DNA of 64,000 nucleotides from Isurus oxyrinchus (taxonomy: Eukaryota): positions 56,606,001 through 56,670,000 of the forward strand of contig JANJGN010000007.1 of assembly GCA_026770705.1 (NCBI GenBank), written 5' to 3'. Made by a program: the position numbers and the translations under genes. Shown here one piece after another: positions 9,670 to 22,782 of the stretch. Position 1 is the first letter of the stretch. Every line of letters starts with the position of its first letter. The notes under the pieces were generated by a model, which was not told the DNA's origin, made no database searches, and saw only the letters and a program-made list of their open reading frames with translations.

Positions 9670-12129
9670 AAGGTGAAATGAAGTTGTGTAATCAGGGAAG
9701 AGAAGGAGCAGGTGGCAATTCGCAGGAAGATTTTTCGCAGAATAAAAAGGAAGGCGCTGAGGGTAAAAGTGATACTCGAAAATTGAGGTGTTTTCATTGT
9801 AATAAAGTTAGACGCACAAAGTCAGTGTGTTGGAAATTGCAGGGAAAATATGTTGTAATTATAGGGGTGCAGAAAAGATCTGTAAGTAAAAGTATTGTGT
9901 GTCCTAAGGTTCAGGCACAGGAAAAACCAATGGTTTGTGTACAGGTAAAACAGGAAGAATCAGTGACAGGTAAAGAGGTGGAAAAGTGTTCACAATTCAC
10001 CCAAAACAATTCTGAGGAGCAGGTTGCAGATATGTTTAAATATTTTGTGTGTGAAGGGAAAGTCTTTCCATGTGTATAGGGTGGAGTAGGTAAAGATGTT
10101 AAAATTTTAAGAGACACAGGGGTGAGTCAATCCTTAATGTTGTGGGATAGTGACATTTGTTGTTCAGGGAGAGTATTGCAGGTACAGGTGATAATCAATG
10201 GGGTCCATGGAAATGCTAAACCTATTCCTTTGTGGAAGGTAAATGTAAAGAGTAAGTGGAAAACAGGTGAGGTAATTATTGGAGTAGTGGAAAAATTGCC
10301 CATTGCAGGAATTCAAATTATTTTGGGTAATGATATAGCTGGATCACAGATGTGGGTGATATGTATGGTGGATGAGCAGTCTGTATAAGTGTTTTCAACA
10401 GAAGTGTTGCAGAGAGAACATTCTGGATTATTTCCAGATTGTGTGATAGCAAGATCACGGGCTCATAGGTTGAAACAAGAAGAACAGGAAGTTCAAAATC
10501 AGAGAGAAGGTATGGAAATCCAATTAGCTGGTACTGTGTTTGATAACATTGTTCAGGAGGAAAGAACAGAGGACAATTCAGCTGAAGTGTTTAACTCAAG
10601 GAGGTTCGTGGAGTTACAGAAAATGTATTTACAAATAAAACAATTATATCAGACAGCTTACTCAGAAACAGAGGCAAAATGTAGTCCAAAATTTTATTAC
10701 CTTAGCAGTAATGTTTTAATGAGAAAATTGAGACCTTATCATGCTTCAGTAATTGAAGTCTGGAGGGAGGTGCAACATGTTGTAATACCATTTGGATATA
10801 GAAATGAGATTCTGAGGATAACTCATGAAATTCCAATGGGGAACATTTAGGAATTAGCAAGACACAGGTGAAAATACAATAATATCGTTACTGGCCTGGA
10901 TTGCATTGGGATGTAGTCAAATTTGGAGAACATGTACACATGTCAGGTGATAGGGGAACCACAAGCAATGATTATGCCAGCACTTTTAATCCCAATTCCA
11001 GCATTTGAAGAACATTTTACTAAGGTCATGATTGATTGTAAAGGACCCCTCCCTAAGACTAGAAATGGAAATCAGTACTTACTGACAATAATGAATGTTT
11101 CTACCAGGTTTCCTGAAGCAATACGTTTGAGAAATATTGCAACAAAGAAAATTGTGGAAGAGTTAACTGCATTTTTTACAAGATATGGTTTATCAAAAGA
11201 AATACAATCAGATCAGGGTTCAAATTTCATGTCACAGCTGTATGAAGAAGTAAAGAACAGTTTGGAGATAAAACAGTTTAAGTCAACAGCTTACCATCCT
11301 GAGTCACAAGGGGCTTTGGAAAGATGGCATCAAACTCTAAAAACTATGATGACGGCGCATACTTAGGATCATCCACAAGAGCGGGATGGGGAAATCCATT
11401 CTTGTTATTTGCTATTAAGCATAGTCCTAATGCATCCACTGGTTTTAGTCCTTTTGAACTAGTTTATGGTCATGAGGTAAGGGCACCACTGAATTTGATA
11501 CATGAGAAATTGGTGGGTCAAAATCCAGAATGTACTCTCCTGGATTATGTATCAAACTTCAGAGAGGGAGATTGGGCAGAGCATGTGAGTTGGTTGGGGA
11601 ACATTTAAACATATCACAGCGAGTAATGAAAGTGAAGGCAGACAGGAAAGCTACAGCTCGTAGTTTTGTTGTTGGGGAGAAAGTGTTGGTTCTGTTACTA
11701 GATGATTCATTAAAGGCAAGGTTTAGTGGGTATTACAGGATTGAAAAGAAGCTGAATGAAGTAAATTATTTAATAAATACTCCAGGTAGAATAAAGAGGG
11801 TGTGTCATGTAAATCTGCTTAAAAAGTACTTTGACAGGGAAGAGGTCCAAAAGGAGGTGTTAGTGGTTGTAGGTGATAAGAAAGAAGTAGAAATGCAGGT
11901 TTCTGAAATTGATTTTCACCTAATCAAATTGAATAATGAGGGGGTGCTTGAAAATTTCAATGTAATATTGAATTACCTTCTAGATAAGTGTCAAAGTGAT
12001 TTGTGAAGCTATTTTGCAGTCACACAAATCTATTTATGGAAATATGTTGGGGAGGACAAATTTAGCTGTAGATGATATATGTGTAGAAGGCTCATCTTCA
12101 CTAAGACAACATCCTTATAGATTAATCCA
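9670..12129 (+). pseudogene. Gmr1-like gag zinc knuckle, protease and integrase, decayed
   Basis: CFHCNKVRRTKSVC; ILRDTGVSQSL..ILGNDIAG; IDCKGPLP, QSDQGSNF, YHPESQGALERWHQTLK, TGFSPFELVYG, CHVNLLK. Confidence 0.85.
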
Positions 12130-13767
12130 TAAGACAATAAGAAATAGGAGCAGAAATTAGGCCATTCGGCCCATCAAGTCTGCTCCGCCATTCATGGCTG
12201 ATAAGTTTCTCAACGCCATTCTCCTGCCTTCGCCCCGTAACCTTTGATCCTCTTACCAATCAAGAACCTATCTATCTTGGTCTTAAATACACTCAATGAC
12301 CTGGCCTCCACAGCCTTCTGTGGTAATGAATTCCATAGATTCACCACTCTCTGGCTAAAGAAGTTTCTCCTCATCTCTGTTCTAAAAGGTCTTCCCTTTA
12401 CTCTGAGGCTGTGCCCTTGGGTCCTAGTCTCTCCTACTAATGGAAACATCTTCCCCAAATCCACTCTATCCAGGCCTTTCAGTATTCTGTAAGTTTCAAT
12501 CAAATCCCCCCTCATCCTTCTAAACTCTATCGAGTATAGACTCAGAGTCCTCAAACGTTCCTCATATGTTAAGCATTTCATTCCTGGGATCGTTCTCATG
12601 AACTTCCTCTGGGCCCTCTCCAGGGCCAGAACATCCTTCCTGAGATACGGGGCCCAAAATTGCTCACAATATTCTACATGTGGTCTGACCAGAGCCTTAT
12701 AAAGCCTCAACAGCACATCCCTGCTTTTATATTTGAGTTCTTGAAATAAATGCCAACATTGCATTTGCCTTCCTAACTACTGACTCAACCTGCAAGTTAA
12801 CCTTAAGAGAATCCTGGACTAGGACTCCCAAGTACCTTTGCACTTCAGATTTCTGAATTCTCTCCCCATTTAGAAAACAGTCTATGCCTCTATTCTTCCT
12901 ACCAAAGTGCATGACTTCACACTTCCCCATGTTGTATTCCATCTGCCACTTCTTTGCCCATTCTCCTAACCTGTCCAAATCCTTCTGCAGTCTCCCCACC
13001 TCCTCAATACTACGTGTCCCTCTATCTATCTTTGTGTCATCTGCAAACTTAGCCAGAATGCGCTCAGTTCCTTCATCTAGATCATTAACGTATAAAGTGA
13101 AAAGTTATGGTCCTAACACTGACCCCTGCGGAACTCCACTAGTCACTGGCCGCCATCCTGAGAAGGACCCCCTTATCCCCACTCTCTGCCTTCTGCCAGA
13201 CAGCCAATCTTCTATCCATGCTAGTACCTTGCCTCTAACACCATGGGCTCTTATCTTACTGAGCAGCCTCCTGTGCGGCACCTTGTAAAAGGCCTTCTGG
13301 AAGTCCAAGTGGATAACATCCATTGGCTCTCCTTTGTCTAATCTACTCGTTACCTCCACAAAGAATTCCAACAGATTTGTCAGGCATGACCTCCCCTTGA
13401 TGAAATCATGCTGACTTTGCCCTATTTTACCATGCACTTCCAAGTATTCTGAAATCTTATCCTTAATAATGGACTCTAAAATCTTACCAATGACCAAGGT
13501 CAGGCTAATCGGCCTATAATTTCCCTTCTTTTGCCTCACTCCCTTCTTAAACAGGGGGTTAGTGATTTTCCAGTCCTCTAGGACCCTCCCTGACTTGAGT
13601 TATTCCTGAAAGATCACCACTAACGCCTCCACTATCTCTTCAGCTATCTCCTTCAGAACTCTGGGGTGTAACCCATCTGGTCCAGGTGATTTATCCACCT
13701 TCAGACCTTTCAGTTTTCCTAGCACCTTCTCCTTGGTAATGGTCACCATACTCACCTCTGCCCCCCG
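12130..13767 (-). mobile_element. 5'-truncated CR1 LINE inserted between IN and RT of the LTR element
   Basis: NYRPISLT, LDFQKAFYKVPH, SGVPQGSVLGP, LYKALVRPHVEYC, FFSQRVVNLWNSLP; 6-bp TSD AATCCA at 12124-12129 and 13768-13773. Confidence 0.93.
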
Positions 13768-14948
13768 AATCCAGCAAAGTTATTAAAAGTACTGAAAGAA
13801 ATCAAATTCGTGCTTCAAAATGATATCATTGAGTCTAGTTGCAGTAACTGGCGTTCGTCTATTGTGCTGGTACCGAAACCGGATGGAACACAAAGACTGA
13901 GTATGGATTATCGAAAGGTGAATGTGGTGATAAAAGTGGATTCATATCCTACACCATGGTTGGAAGATTGTATTGAGAAAGTGGGACAATCAAGATTAAA
14001 CACAAAGATTGACTTGCTTAAAGGATATCGGAGAGAGCAAAGGAGATATTTTTTTGTGATGCCAGATGGACTATATCAGTTTAAAGTCATGCCGTTTGGT
14101 ATGAAAAATGCACCTGCAACATTTCACAGACTGACAAACAAAGGAATTGCAGGTCTGGGCAATTGTGCTGTGTATACTGATGACGATGATTTTCAGTCAG
14201 TCATGGGAGGAGCATTTACAACATCTGGAAGAATTATTTACTTGATTACAGGAAGCTAATTTGGCGATGAACTTGTCTAAAAGTGAATTTTCAAAAGCGC
14301 AAGTTACATATCTAGGCCATACCATAGGACATGGTAAGGTGGCTCCGAGAGATGTGAATATCAAAGGTTTGTGGATTTCCCTGTGCCTACAACAAAATTA
14401 GAAGTTTTGAGATTCCTGGGCATGAGTGCGTTTTATTGCAAGTTTTAGCAGTGTGGTTGCTCCATTGACTGAACTATTAATAAAGAACAAAAAGTTTCAT
14501 TGGACAGAGGAGTGTCAGAAGGCATTTGACAGATTGCAAACAGTATTAACTATGACACGAGTTTTGGCAGTACCCAATTACACCAAGCAATTTAAGTTGG
14601 CCATCGACATAAGTGATAAAGGCATTGGGGCTGTACTGTTACGCGAAGATGACATTGGAACTGAAAAACTGATAGGGTATTTTGCACGGAAGTTGAAAAT
14701 ATTCAACAATCGAAAAGGAAACTTTGGATTTGGTGTTAGCGTTGCAGCATTTTAAGATTTATGTTGTAAACAATTCATCAGAAACAATTATTTATACAGA
14801 CCACAATCCTTTAAAGTTTCTGGACAAATTTCAAGAGAGAAGTGCAAGGCTATTCGGCTGGAGTTTATTACTGTAACCATTTAATCTATAGATTATACAT
14901 GTGGCAGGATGAGAAAATCTGATTGCAGATGCGTTGTCAAGAGCTTGA
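13768..14948 (+). pseudogene. Gmr1-like RT and RNase H, decayed
   Basis: SIVLVPKPDGTQRLSMDYRKVN, IDLLKGY, VMPFGMKNAPATF, YTDD, FKLAIDISDKGIGAVL, YTDHNPL, NLIADALSR. Confidence 0.88.
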
Positions 14949-15145
14949 AGCTTAAAGGGAACATTGGACATTTAAAAACCTGACCAACTAACTGGAATGA
15001 CTTCTGTTGATACCAAGGATTTGAATATATATTGTTATGTTAATGCATGCATCTGGTAATGTAATAGACTTGTAAGTATAGGAGGTAATGTAAGATAGGT
15101 TCAGAAAATAAAGCCATATTTTTAAATTATGAAGGTTCAGTTTTT

Positions 15146-15159
15146 AATAAGGAGGGGGA
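15146..15159 (+). promoter_or_regulatory. Polypurine tract
   Basis: aataaggaggggga immediately before the 3' LTR. Confidence 0.7.
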
Positions 15160-15219
15160 TGTCCGGGAGATAAAGTAATTATCATAGGTTTTTGGAATTT
15201 ATTGCAGAGTAATAATGGG

Positions 15220-15282
<63 letters not shown>

Positions 15283-16079
15283 TTAATTGAATTAAAGGCA
15301 GCTGGCCTGAAGGCTTTGATGTATCAGAAGATAAGATAGATTTGAAATGTTAAGTAGGTAAAGATGGGGGAAATTTTAGAATATGTAGTATAAAAAGATT
15401 GCATTTTTAAATAAACCAGCCTAGCTTGAATTCAAAAGGGGTGAAATATTTCACCTAGCCAGGAGAAGTTAAGAAACAGTGTGTTTATTTTTCCAAAAGA
15501 TTACTGATTAAAATTAGTACTATGATAGATTTTTATTATTAGAGAGATAAAGTCCAAAGACATAGTGAAACAATGGAAATTTGCATTCAAATGGGAAAAA
15601 TATGTATAAAGGAGAGAAGGCTGTGTGTAAGGGCAGTAATTCTAAGGTCTAACAGAAGTGTGAAAAGCCTCCAGCATCTAAACCTCAAGCTGCTGTCTAC
15701 AAAGAACTGAAGTTGAGGAAACTCACTTTGAATTTGACTGTTGGGAGTATTGTGTATTACTTTACCTGGGTCTTTTAAAATCTATGTGCCTTACTGTTGC
15801 CTTAACAGAAGTGTAACTGGGAATTAGATTAACTAGGGGATTTAGAAGTTATCATAGTAATAATTTGTATATCTATGTATATGCTTCAAATCATTTCTTC
15901 TATTAATAAAGGTTTAATTTTGTTTGTAATAAACTAATAACACTCTGTGGTCTTATTACTACTGAATTCAAAGCCTGCATGTCAAAATATATAGAAATTG
16001 CAAAACATTTGTGGCATTTGTTTCAAGTTTCCCTTTAAGATTTGAGCAAGTCAGCATCAATATCAGCTGTGCCATAATG
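15160..16079 (+). repeat. 3' LTR with (TG)n at ~15223-15281
   Basis: Colinear with the 5' LTR but visibly diverged. Confidence 0.9.
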
Positions 16080-16344
16080 GTGGTATTCTTTCTAAGTCAC
16101 AGGCTTGTGGTTCCACTCCCACTCCAAAGACTTCAGTGCAAAAAAAAAAGTCCAGTCAGAGAGCTTAGTGCAATATTGTGGGATTGCTGCACTTTCTGAG
16201 GTGACATCTTTTGGATGAGATGTTTAACTGAGTCCCACCTGCTCTCATGGTTGGAAGTTAAAGATCCCAATGCACTATTTCAAAGAACAGGGAAGCTATC
16301 CCTGCTGCAATAATTATCCCTAAATCAATATTGTTATAAACAGA
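16080..16344 (+). mobile_element. Middle piece of a Deu-domain SINE (head starts ~5220-5240, tail at ~25449-25600)
   Basis: tRNA-head remainder (gtcacaggcttgtggttccactcccactcc), Deu core (gaggtgacatcttttggatgagatgtttaac...aaagatcccaatgcactattt); the tail resumes after the Harbinger element. Confidence 0.7.
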
Positions 16345-16604
16345 GGGTGGAATCGTCCGATACTGTTGGTGGCAGGCATCATGGAGGGTGGGTGCAACAA
16401 TATAGCGAGAAGATCAAAAATCAGTTTCACGCCGTTGTGAAACCAATTTGCAATTATCCGCTCCTTTCATCAATGGCAGGCCGTGTTTCCCACCGCCGCA
16501 TGCTGGGAACATAATTTAGCATCTCATTATAAGCTCTGCTCATGGGAATCATCCGCCCATGCTGAATCATTCAGGCATCCAATGTGTTTCACAACTGTAC
16601 ATTG

Positions 16605-19600
16605 TTTTTTATTCGTTCATGGGGTGCGGCATCGTTGGTTAGGTCAGCATTTATTGCCCATCCCTAATTGCCTTTGAGAAGGTGTTGAGCTGCTTTCTTG
16701 AACCGCTGCAGTCCATGTGGTGTAGGTATACCTGCAGTGCTGTTAGGGATGAAGTTCCAGGATTTCGACCCAGCAGCAGTAAAGGAATGGCGGTACATTT
16801 CCAAATCAGGATGGTGGGTGGCTTGGAGGGAAACCTCCAGGTGGTGGTGTTCCCATGCATCTGCTGCCCTTGTCCTTCTAGATGGTAGTGGTCATGGGTT
16901 TGGAAGATGCTGTCTAAGGAGCCTTGGTGAGTTCTTGCAGTGTATCTTGTAGATGGTGCACACTGCTGCCACTGTTCATCAGTAGTGAAGGGAATGAATG
17001 TTTGTATGTGGGGTGCCAATCAAGTGGGCTGCTTTCTCCTGGATTTTGTCAAGCTTTTTGAGTGTTGTTGGAGCTGCACTCATCCAGGCACGTGGAGAGT
17101 ATTCCATCACACTCCTAACTTGCGCCTTGTAGATGGTGGACAGGTTTTGGGGAGTCAGGAGCTGAGTTACTCACCACCAGATTCCTAGTCTCTAACCTGC
17201 TCTTGTAGCCACAGTATTTATACGGCTAGTCCAAATCAATTTCTGGTCAAGAGTCACCCCCAGTCACTATGTTGATAGTGGGGGAATCTGCAATGGTAAT
17301 GCCATTGAATGTCAAGGGGGGATAGTTAGATTCTCCCTTGTCGGAGATGGTCATTGCCTAATACTTGTGTGGCGTGAATGTTACTTGCCACTTGTCAGCC
17401 CAACAACAAACTTCCCCCTTCTGACCTTATAATGGAAGGAAGATCATTGATGAAGCAGCTGAAGATGGTTGGGTGTAGGCCACTACCCTCATGAACTCCT
17501 GCAGTGATGTCGTGAAACAGAGATGACTGACCTCCAACAACCACATCCATCTTCCTTTGTGCTAGGTATGACTCCAACCAGTAGAGAGATTTCCCCCTGA
17601 TTCCCATTGACTCCAGTTTTACTAGGACTCCTTGATGCCCCAATCGGGCAAATGCTGCCTTGATGTCTAGACCAGTCATTGTCACCTCATCTCTGGAGTT
17701 CAGCTCTTTTGACCATGTTTGAACCAAGACTTGTAAAAGATCAGGAGCTGAGTGGCACTGGTTGAACCCAAAGTGAGCAGGTTATTACTAAGCAAGTGCT
17801 GCTTGATAGCACTGTTGATGACCCCTTGCATCACTTTACTGATGATTGAAAGTAGACTTCTTGGACAGTAATTGGCTGGGTTGGATTTGACCTGTTTTTT
17901 GTGTAAGGACATACCTAGGCAATTTTCCACATTCCAGGTAGATGCCAGTGATGTAGCTGTACTGGAACAACCTGGCTAGGGGCATGGCAAGTTCTGGAGC
18001 ACAAGTCTTCAGTACCATTGCCGGAATATTGCCAGGGCCCATAGCATTTACAGTATCTAGTGCCTTCAAACATTTCTTGATATCATGTGGAGTGAATTCA
18101 ATTGGCTAAAGACTGGAATCTGTGATGCTGGGGACCTCTGGAGGCAGCCGAGATGGATCATCCACTCAGGACGTCTGGCTGAAGATTAAAACAAGTGCTT
18201 CAGACTTATCTTTTGCAGTGATATGCTGGGCTCTCCCATCTTTGAGGATGGGGACATTTGTGGAGCCTCCTCCTCCAGTAAGTTGTTTAATTGTCCACCG
18301 CCATTCACGACTGGATGTGACAGGACTGCAGAGCTTAGATCTGATCCGTTGATTGTGGATTTGCTTAGCTCTGTCTACCGCTTGCTTCTTATGCTGTTTG
18401 GCACACAAGTAGTCCTGTGTTATAGCTTCACCAGGTTGAATTTCATTTTTAGGTAAGCCTAGTGCTGCTCCTGGCATGCCCCCCTGCACTCTTCAATGAA
18501 ACAGAGTTGATTCCCTGGCTTGGTGGTAGTTGTAGAATGGGGGATATACTGGGCCATGAGGTTACAAATTGTCATTGAGTACAATTCCGCTGCTGCTGAT
18601 GGGCCCACAGCGCCTCATGGTTGCCCAGTCTTTAGTTGCTTGATCTGTTTGAAATCTATCCAATTTAGCACGGTGATAGTGCCACACAACACAATGGAGG
18701 GTATCCTCAATGTGAAGACAGGACTTTGTCTCCACAAGGACTGTGAGGTGGTCACTCCTATTGATACTCTCATGGACAGATGTATCTGCAGCAGGCAGGT
18801 TGGTGAAGATGAAGTCAAGTACATTTTTCCCTCTTGTTGATCCCCTCACCACCTGCTGCAGACCAAGTCTAGCAACTATGTCCTTTAGGACTTGGCAAGC
18901 TCGGCCTGTGGTGGTGTTACCAAGCCACTCGATGATGGACATTGAAGTCCCCCACCCAGAGTACATTCTGCACCCTTGCCACTCTCCGAGCTTCCTCCAA
19001 TTGGCGTTCAACTTGGAGGAGTACTGAATCATCAGCTGAGGGAGGACGGTGTGTGGTAATCATCAGGAGGCTTCCTTGCCCATGTTTGACCTGATGCTAT
19101 GAGACTTCATGGAGTCTGGAGTCTGGAGTTGATTTTGAGGAGTCCCAAGGCAACTCCTTCTCGACTGTTTACCATTGTGCCGCCACCTCTGCTGGGTCTG
19201 TCCTGCAGGTGGGACAGGACATATCAAGGGATGGTGATGGTGGTGCATGGGACATTATCTGTAACGTATGATTCCGTGAGGATGACTTTGTCAGGCTGTT
19301 GCTTGACTAGTCTGTGAGACAGCTCTCCCAATTTTGGTACAAGCCCTCAGATGTTAGTAAAGGGGACTTTGCAGGGTCTACAAGGCTGATGTTGCCATTG
19401 TCATTTCCAGTGCCTAGGCCAATGCTGGGTGGTCCATCCCGTTCCATTCCTTTTTGACTTTCTAGTGGTTAGATGCCAGAGTCATATGTAGGCCAGAGCA
19501 GGTACAGATGGCAGAATTCCTTCCCTAAAGTACATTGGTGAGTTTTTACAACAATCAACAATAGGTTCAAGGTCACCATTAGATTTTTAATTCCGGATTT

Positions 19601-19690
19601 TTATTGAGTTCGAACCTGGGTCCCCAGAGCTTTACCCAGGGTCTCTGGGTTACTAGTCCAGTGACAATACCACTACGCCACCACACCCCC
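16605..19690 (-). mobile_element. CR1/L2-group LINE (ORF2 only: APE and RT) with a tRNA-derived 5' head
   Basis: TRGKNVLDFIFTN, SDHLTVLV, MGPGNIPAMVLKTCAPELAMPL, LDIKAAF, FSCFINDL; 3' end ggatgggcaataaatgctg plus A-rich tail; A box 19670-19680, B box 19606-19616. Confidence 0.85.
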
Positions 19691-20683
19691 CAGGTGCCAG
19701 GTGCGACATGCACCTGGTTAGCTGAACTGTGAGGGGAACTCAGAAGTGAGTGCACACAACTTTACACAGCGCTAGCGGGCATTGCCCATAGGACATCAAG
19801 GAAGGGGCACTGCCAATTCGAGGATGGCAAGGCACAGGCAAGTCGCTTTTTCCTGGAGGGTTTTCAGTGCGGTGCTGGAGCAAGTGCTCCAGTGTGGATC
19901 AGGCCTGAGGGGCGTGGGGCGGGGTCTAGGCAGCACAGACTGAAGGAAATACACAAACACATGCCAGCAGTTGGGGGGCAAGGGAGAATAGACTGAAGGG
20001 AATACTTAAGTACGTGCCGGGAGGAGGGGGCAGTGGGGAGGGGGAGGGGGTGCAGTAAGTGGCCATGCACTTGGAAAAGTTTGTCAAAATTGAAATTCTT
20101 CTGCAGCTGACACTGTTCAACTGCAGCTCCATTGAAGTGCTTGGAGTCGGGCCTCTGAAGATTTTCTGCCCACTCAAGCAATGCAAAGGCATGAAAGTGC
20201 CACCAAATGTTCCAGAACTTTTCAATCCTCAAGCTCAGACTTCAAATTAATGTGTGTTTTAGGGGGCAGAGAGCAATTGGCCAACTGGACAAGTTATAGA
20301 ATCCCCTTGCGAAATGTGGCCATGGTTCAGTCAGTGGTAGAGGTACTCACAGGCCCTTGCAATGTATTTATTAAAGTTTGGACCCTGTGTCCATCATGGT
20401 TCAAACTAACAGTGCAGCATTGCAGTGTGGGTTAGGAGGATGCCTGTGCCTAAGCTGAGAGCACAGCATGCAGTTCAGTGGCCGAAGCTGCTGCCAATCG
20501 GTCAGGTGGAGTGGGGCTTCAGACAGCCAATGAACACACTACACACTGGCCATCCATGTGGCGGCCAGCATTCTCCTGCATGCATGAAGGGGCCTTCAGA
20601 TTTAACCAAGAGAGGTTCTTAGGACACTTATGCGAACCCACATGTCTCTCTCTTTAATCCTGCAGGAGGACAACATCAGGATC

Positions 20684-21684
20684 ATGGAGCCTGGTGATTT
20701 GGCAGTGTGCCTCATGCTTACAGAGAGCAGAGAAGAAGAAGAAGAGAGCAACAGGAACCCCTGGCTTGGCAAAGGAAGGAGCACATCCTTGAAGATGAAG
20801 GGGCAGCAGGGCCTGTTGCGTACGTAGCTAAAGATCCAGAGAATTGTTGCTCATAGCCGCTTGGTTAGACCCAGGGTCTACGGACGGGAGATGACCAAGA
20901 ACTAGTATCATCAAAGGCCCCACATGTCTAGAGAACTGGTTGGTCGCATATGCCACCTGCTGTAGAATTTGGCACCATGGGAAATGGAAGGCATCCACTG
21001 CCAATGGCCGTGAAATTGACCGCAGTGCTCAATTTTATGCCAATGGCTCCTTCCAGGGCTCCACAGGTGACCTGTGTAGGATCTCACGAGCCTCCACACA
21101 CAAGTCTATCCAGGAGGTCACAGGACCATCTTTGCGAAGGCACAGAACTTTGAGCTTTTCACCCGGGATCAGGAAAACCAGGAAGCAAGAGTGCTGGGAT
21201 TTGCACAGATCTCTGGTTTTGCACAGGTGCAGGGTGCCAATAACTGCATTTATGTGGTGCTTAGATTTCCATGGCAGCAAGCTGTCAACTACATCAACTG
21301 CAAGAGCTTCCACTCTCTGAATATTCAGTTGGTGTGCAGCCACCACAAACGCATCCTACAGATCTACGCACAATTCCCAGGGCGCGTCCATGACTCCTAC
21401 ATTCTTAGCAGGTCTCAGATCCCTGATACCTTCCAGGGTCCAGAGAAGCTGCAGGGTTGGCTCCTCAGGGAAAAGGGCTACCCATAAAGGATGTGGCTGG
21501 TGATGCCCGTGTGGCTGCAGCAGAGCGACAGTATAACGAGACTCATGCCACAACCCAATGCAAATAATAGGCATTTTGAAAATGAGATTCCTGTGGGTCA
21601 GGTGGAGCACTGCAATTGTCAAAAAGAAATAGTAATGTTATTGGAAATTATTTTAAAATAAAGTTCTAGATGTGTCTGTGTCTA

Positions 21685-21718
<34 letters not shown>

Positions 21719-22782
21719 TGTGTTGTGCCTTAATTGGATTAAAGCCAGCTATTCTGGGTGCTTTGATGTATAGTAGTTTTGAGATGTTAATTAAGTAAAC
21801 ATATGGAGGGTAGGAGGTAAAATGTAAATTTGCATTTATTAAAAGAAGCCATTCAAGACCACGGGTGAAATCTTATACTTAGCTAGGAGACGCCAAGCAA
21901 TGTGTTTATTTTATTCTCAGCTTACTAATACAATTGATGGGATGAAAGGGTGCTATTGTTAGAAGAGGTAAAGTTAAAAGCCTAGTGATACAATGGAAAA
22001 TTTACATTCAAAGAGAAAGCTATGTATAAAGGAGAAAGGACTTTGTGTGTAAGGTAGAGACATTTTAAGATCCAACAAGTGTGAGAAGTCTCCAGCCTGT
22101 AAGCCTCAAGCTACGGTCTGCAAGGACTCTGAGCTGAAAGAAACTCATTTTGAATGTGACACTCCAGGGTATGCTTTGCCAGGTGGCTATTTAAATCTAT
22201 GTGATTTACTGTTACCTTAATGGGTTATAACTGAGATTCAGATTAATTAGGGGATTTTTGTCATGATTATAGTAGTAATTTTGTAGATGTATGTATGTAT
22301 TTACAACCTTTCTTGTATTAATAAATGTTTAATTTAGTTTTATAGAAACCTCTTGAGACTCAGTGGTCTTATTACTACTGAATTCAAAGCCTGCATCTCG
22401 AAACACACAAATTGCAAAAATGTGTTATGACAGTTGTTTCAATTTTCCCTCTAGGATTTGAACAACTCAGCCTTTACCATCGGCTGTGTCATAATACAAT
22501 ACTGTCCCCATAGGGTATCACACATTATTGTAACTTGCTGTGCGCTACACAACATGGTGCTGCAAGGAGGGGAGGACCTGGCTGAGGAGGAGATGCAGGA
22601 GCTGCACATCTCCTTCGATGAAGAGCACATCAAAGGAGATGATCAAGATGAGGTCCTCAAAGGCAAGGATGCAAGCGATGAGGCCATTGCACTGGCCAGA
22701 TGAGGCAGGTAACACTCGGGAGGCCCTCATAGCTGCAAAATTCATGGAGAATGATGCTGAGATGCAGTTAATACAGTCCTGA
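20684..22782 (+). pseudogene. Harbinger DDE transposase (HARBI1-like), interrupted by a solo LTR
   Basis: HPLPMAVKLTAVLNF, ANGSFQGSTGDLC, GFAQVQGA, INCKSFHSLNIQLVC, FPGRVHDSYIL, GWLLREKGYP, GGALQY|CPHRVSHIIVTCCALHN. Confidence 0.88.
21617..22496 (+). mobile_element. Solo LTR related to the Gmr1-like LTRs
   Basis: Colinear with 5241-6168 including (TG)n; 4-bp TSD CAAT at 21613-21616 and 22497-22500; removal restores GGALQY of the transposase. Confidence 0.88.

Larger units (their letters stand above)
5241..16079 (+). mobile_element. Full-length, decayed Gmr1-like Ty3/Gypsy LTR retrotransposon
   Basis: LTRs 5241-6168 and 15160-16079; (G)TGGT duplicated at 5236-5240 and 16080-16084; PBS, PPT, and gag, PR, IN, RT, RH in that order. 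Confidence 0.9.

Noticed and set aside
20684-22782. Domesticated host HARBI1 gene
   Set aside because: Has stops, frameshifts and an LTR insertion, and sits between TIRs with a TSD.
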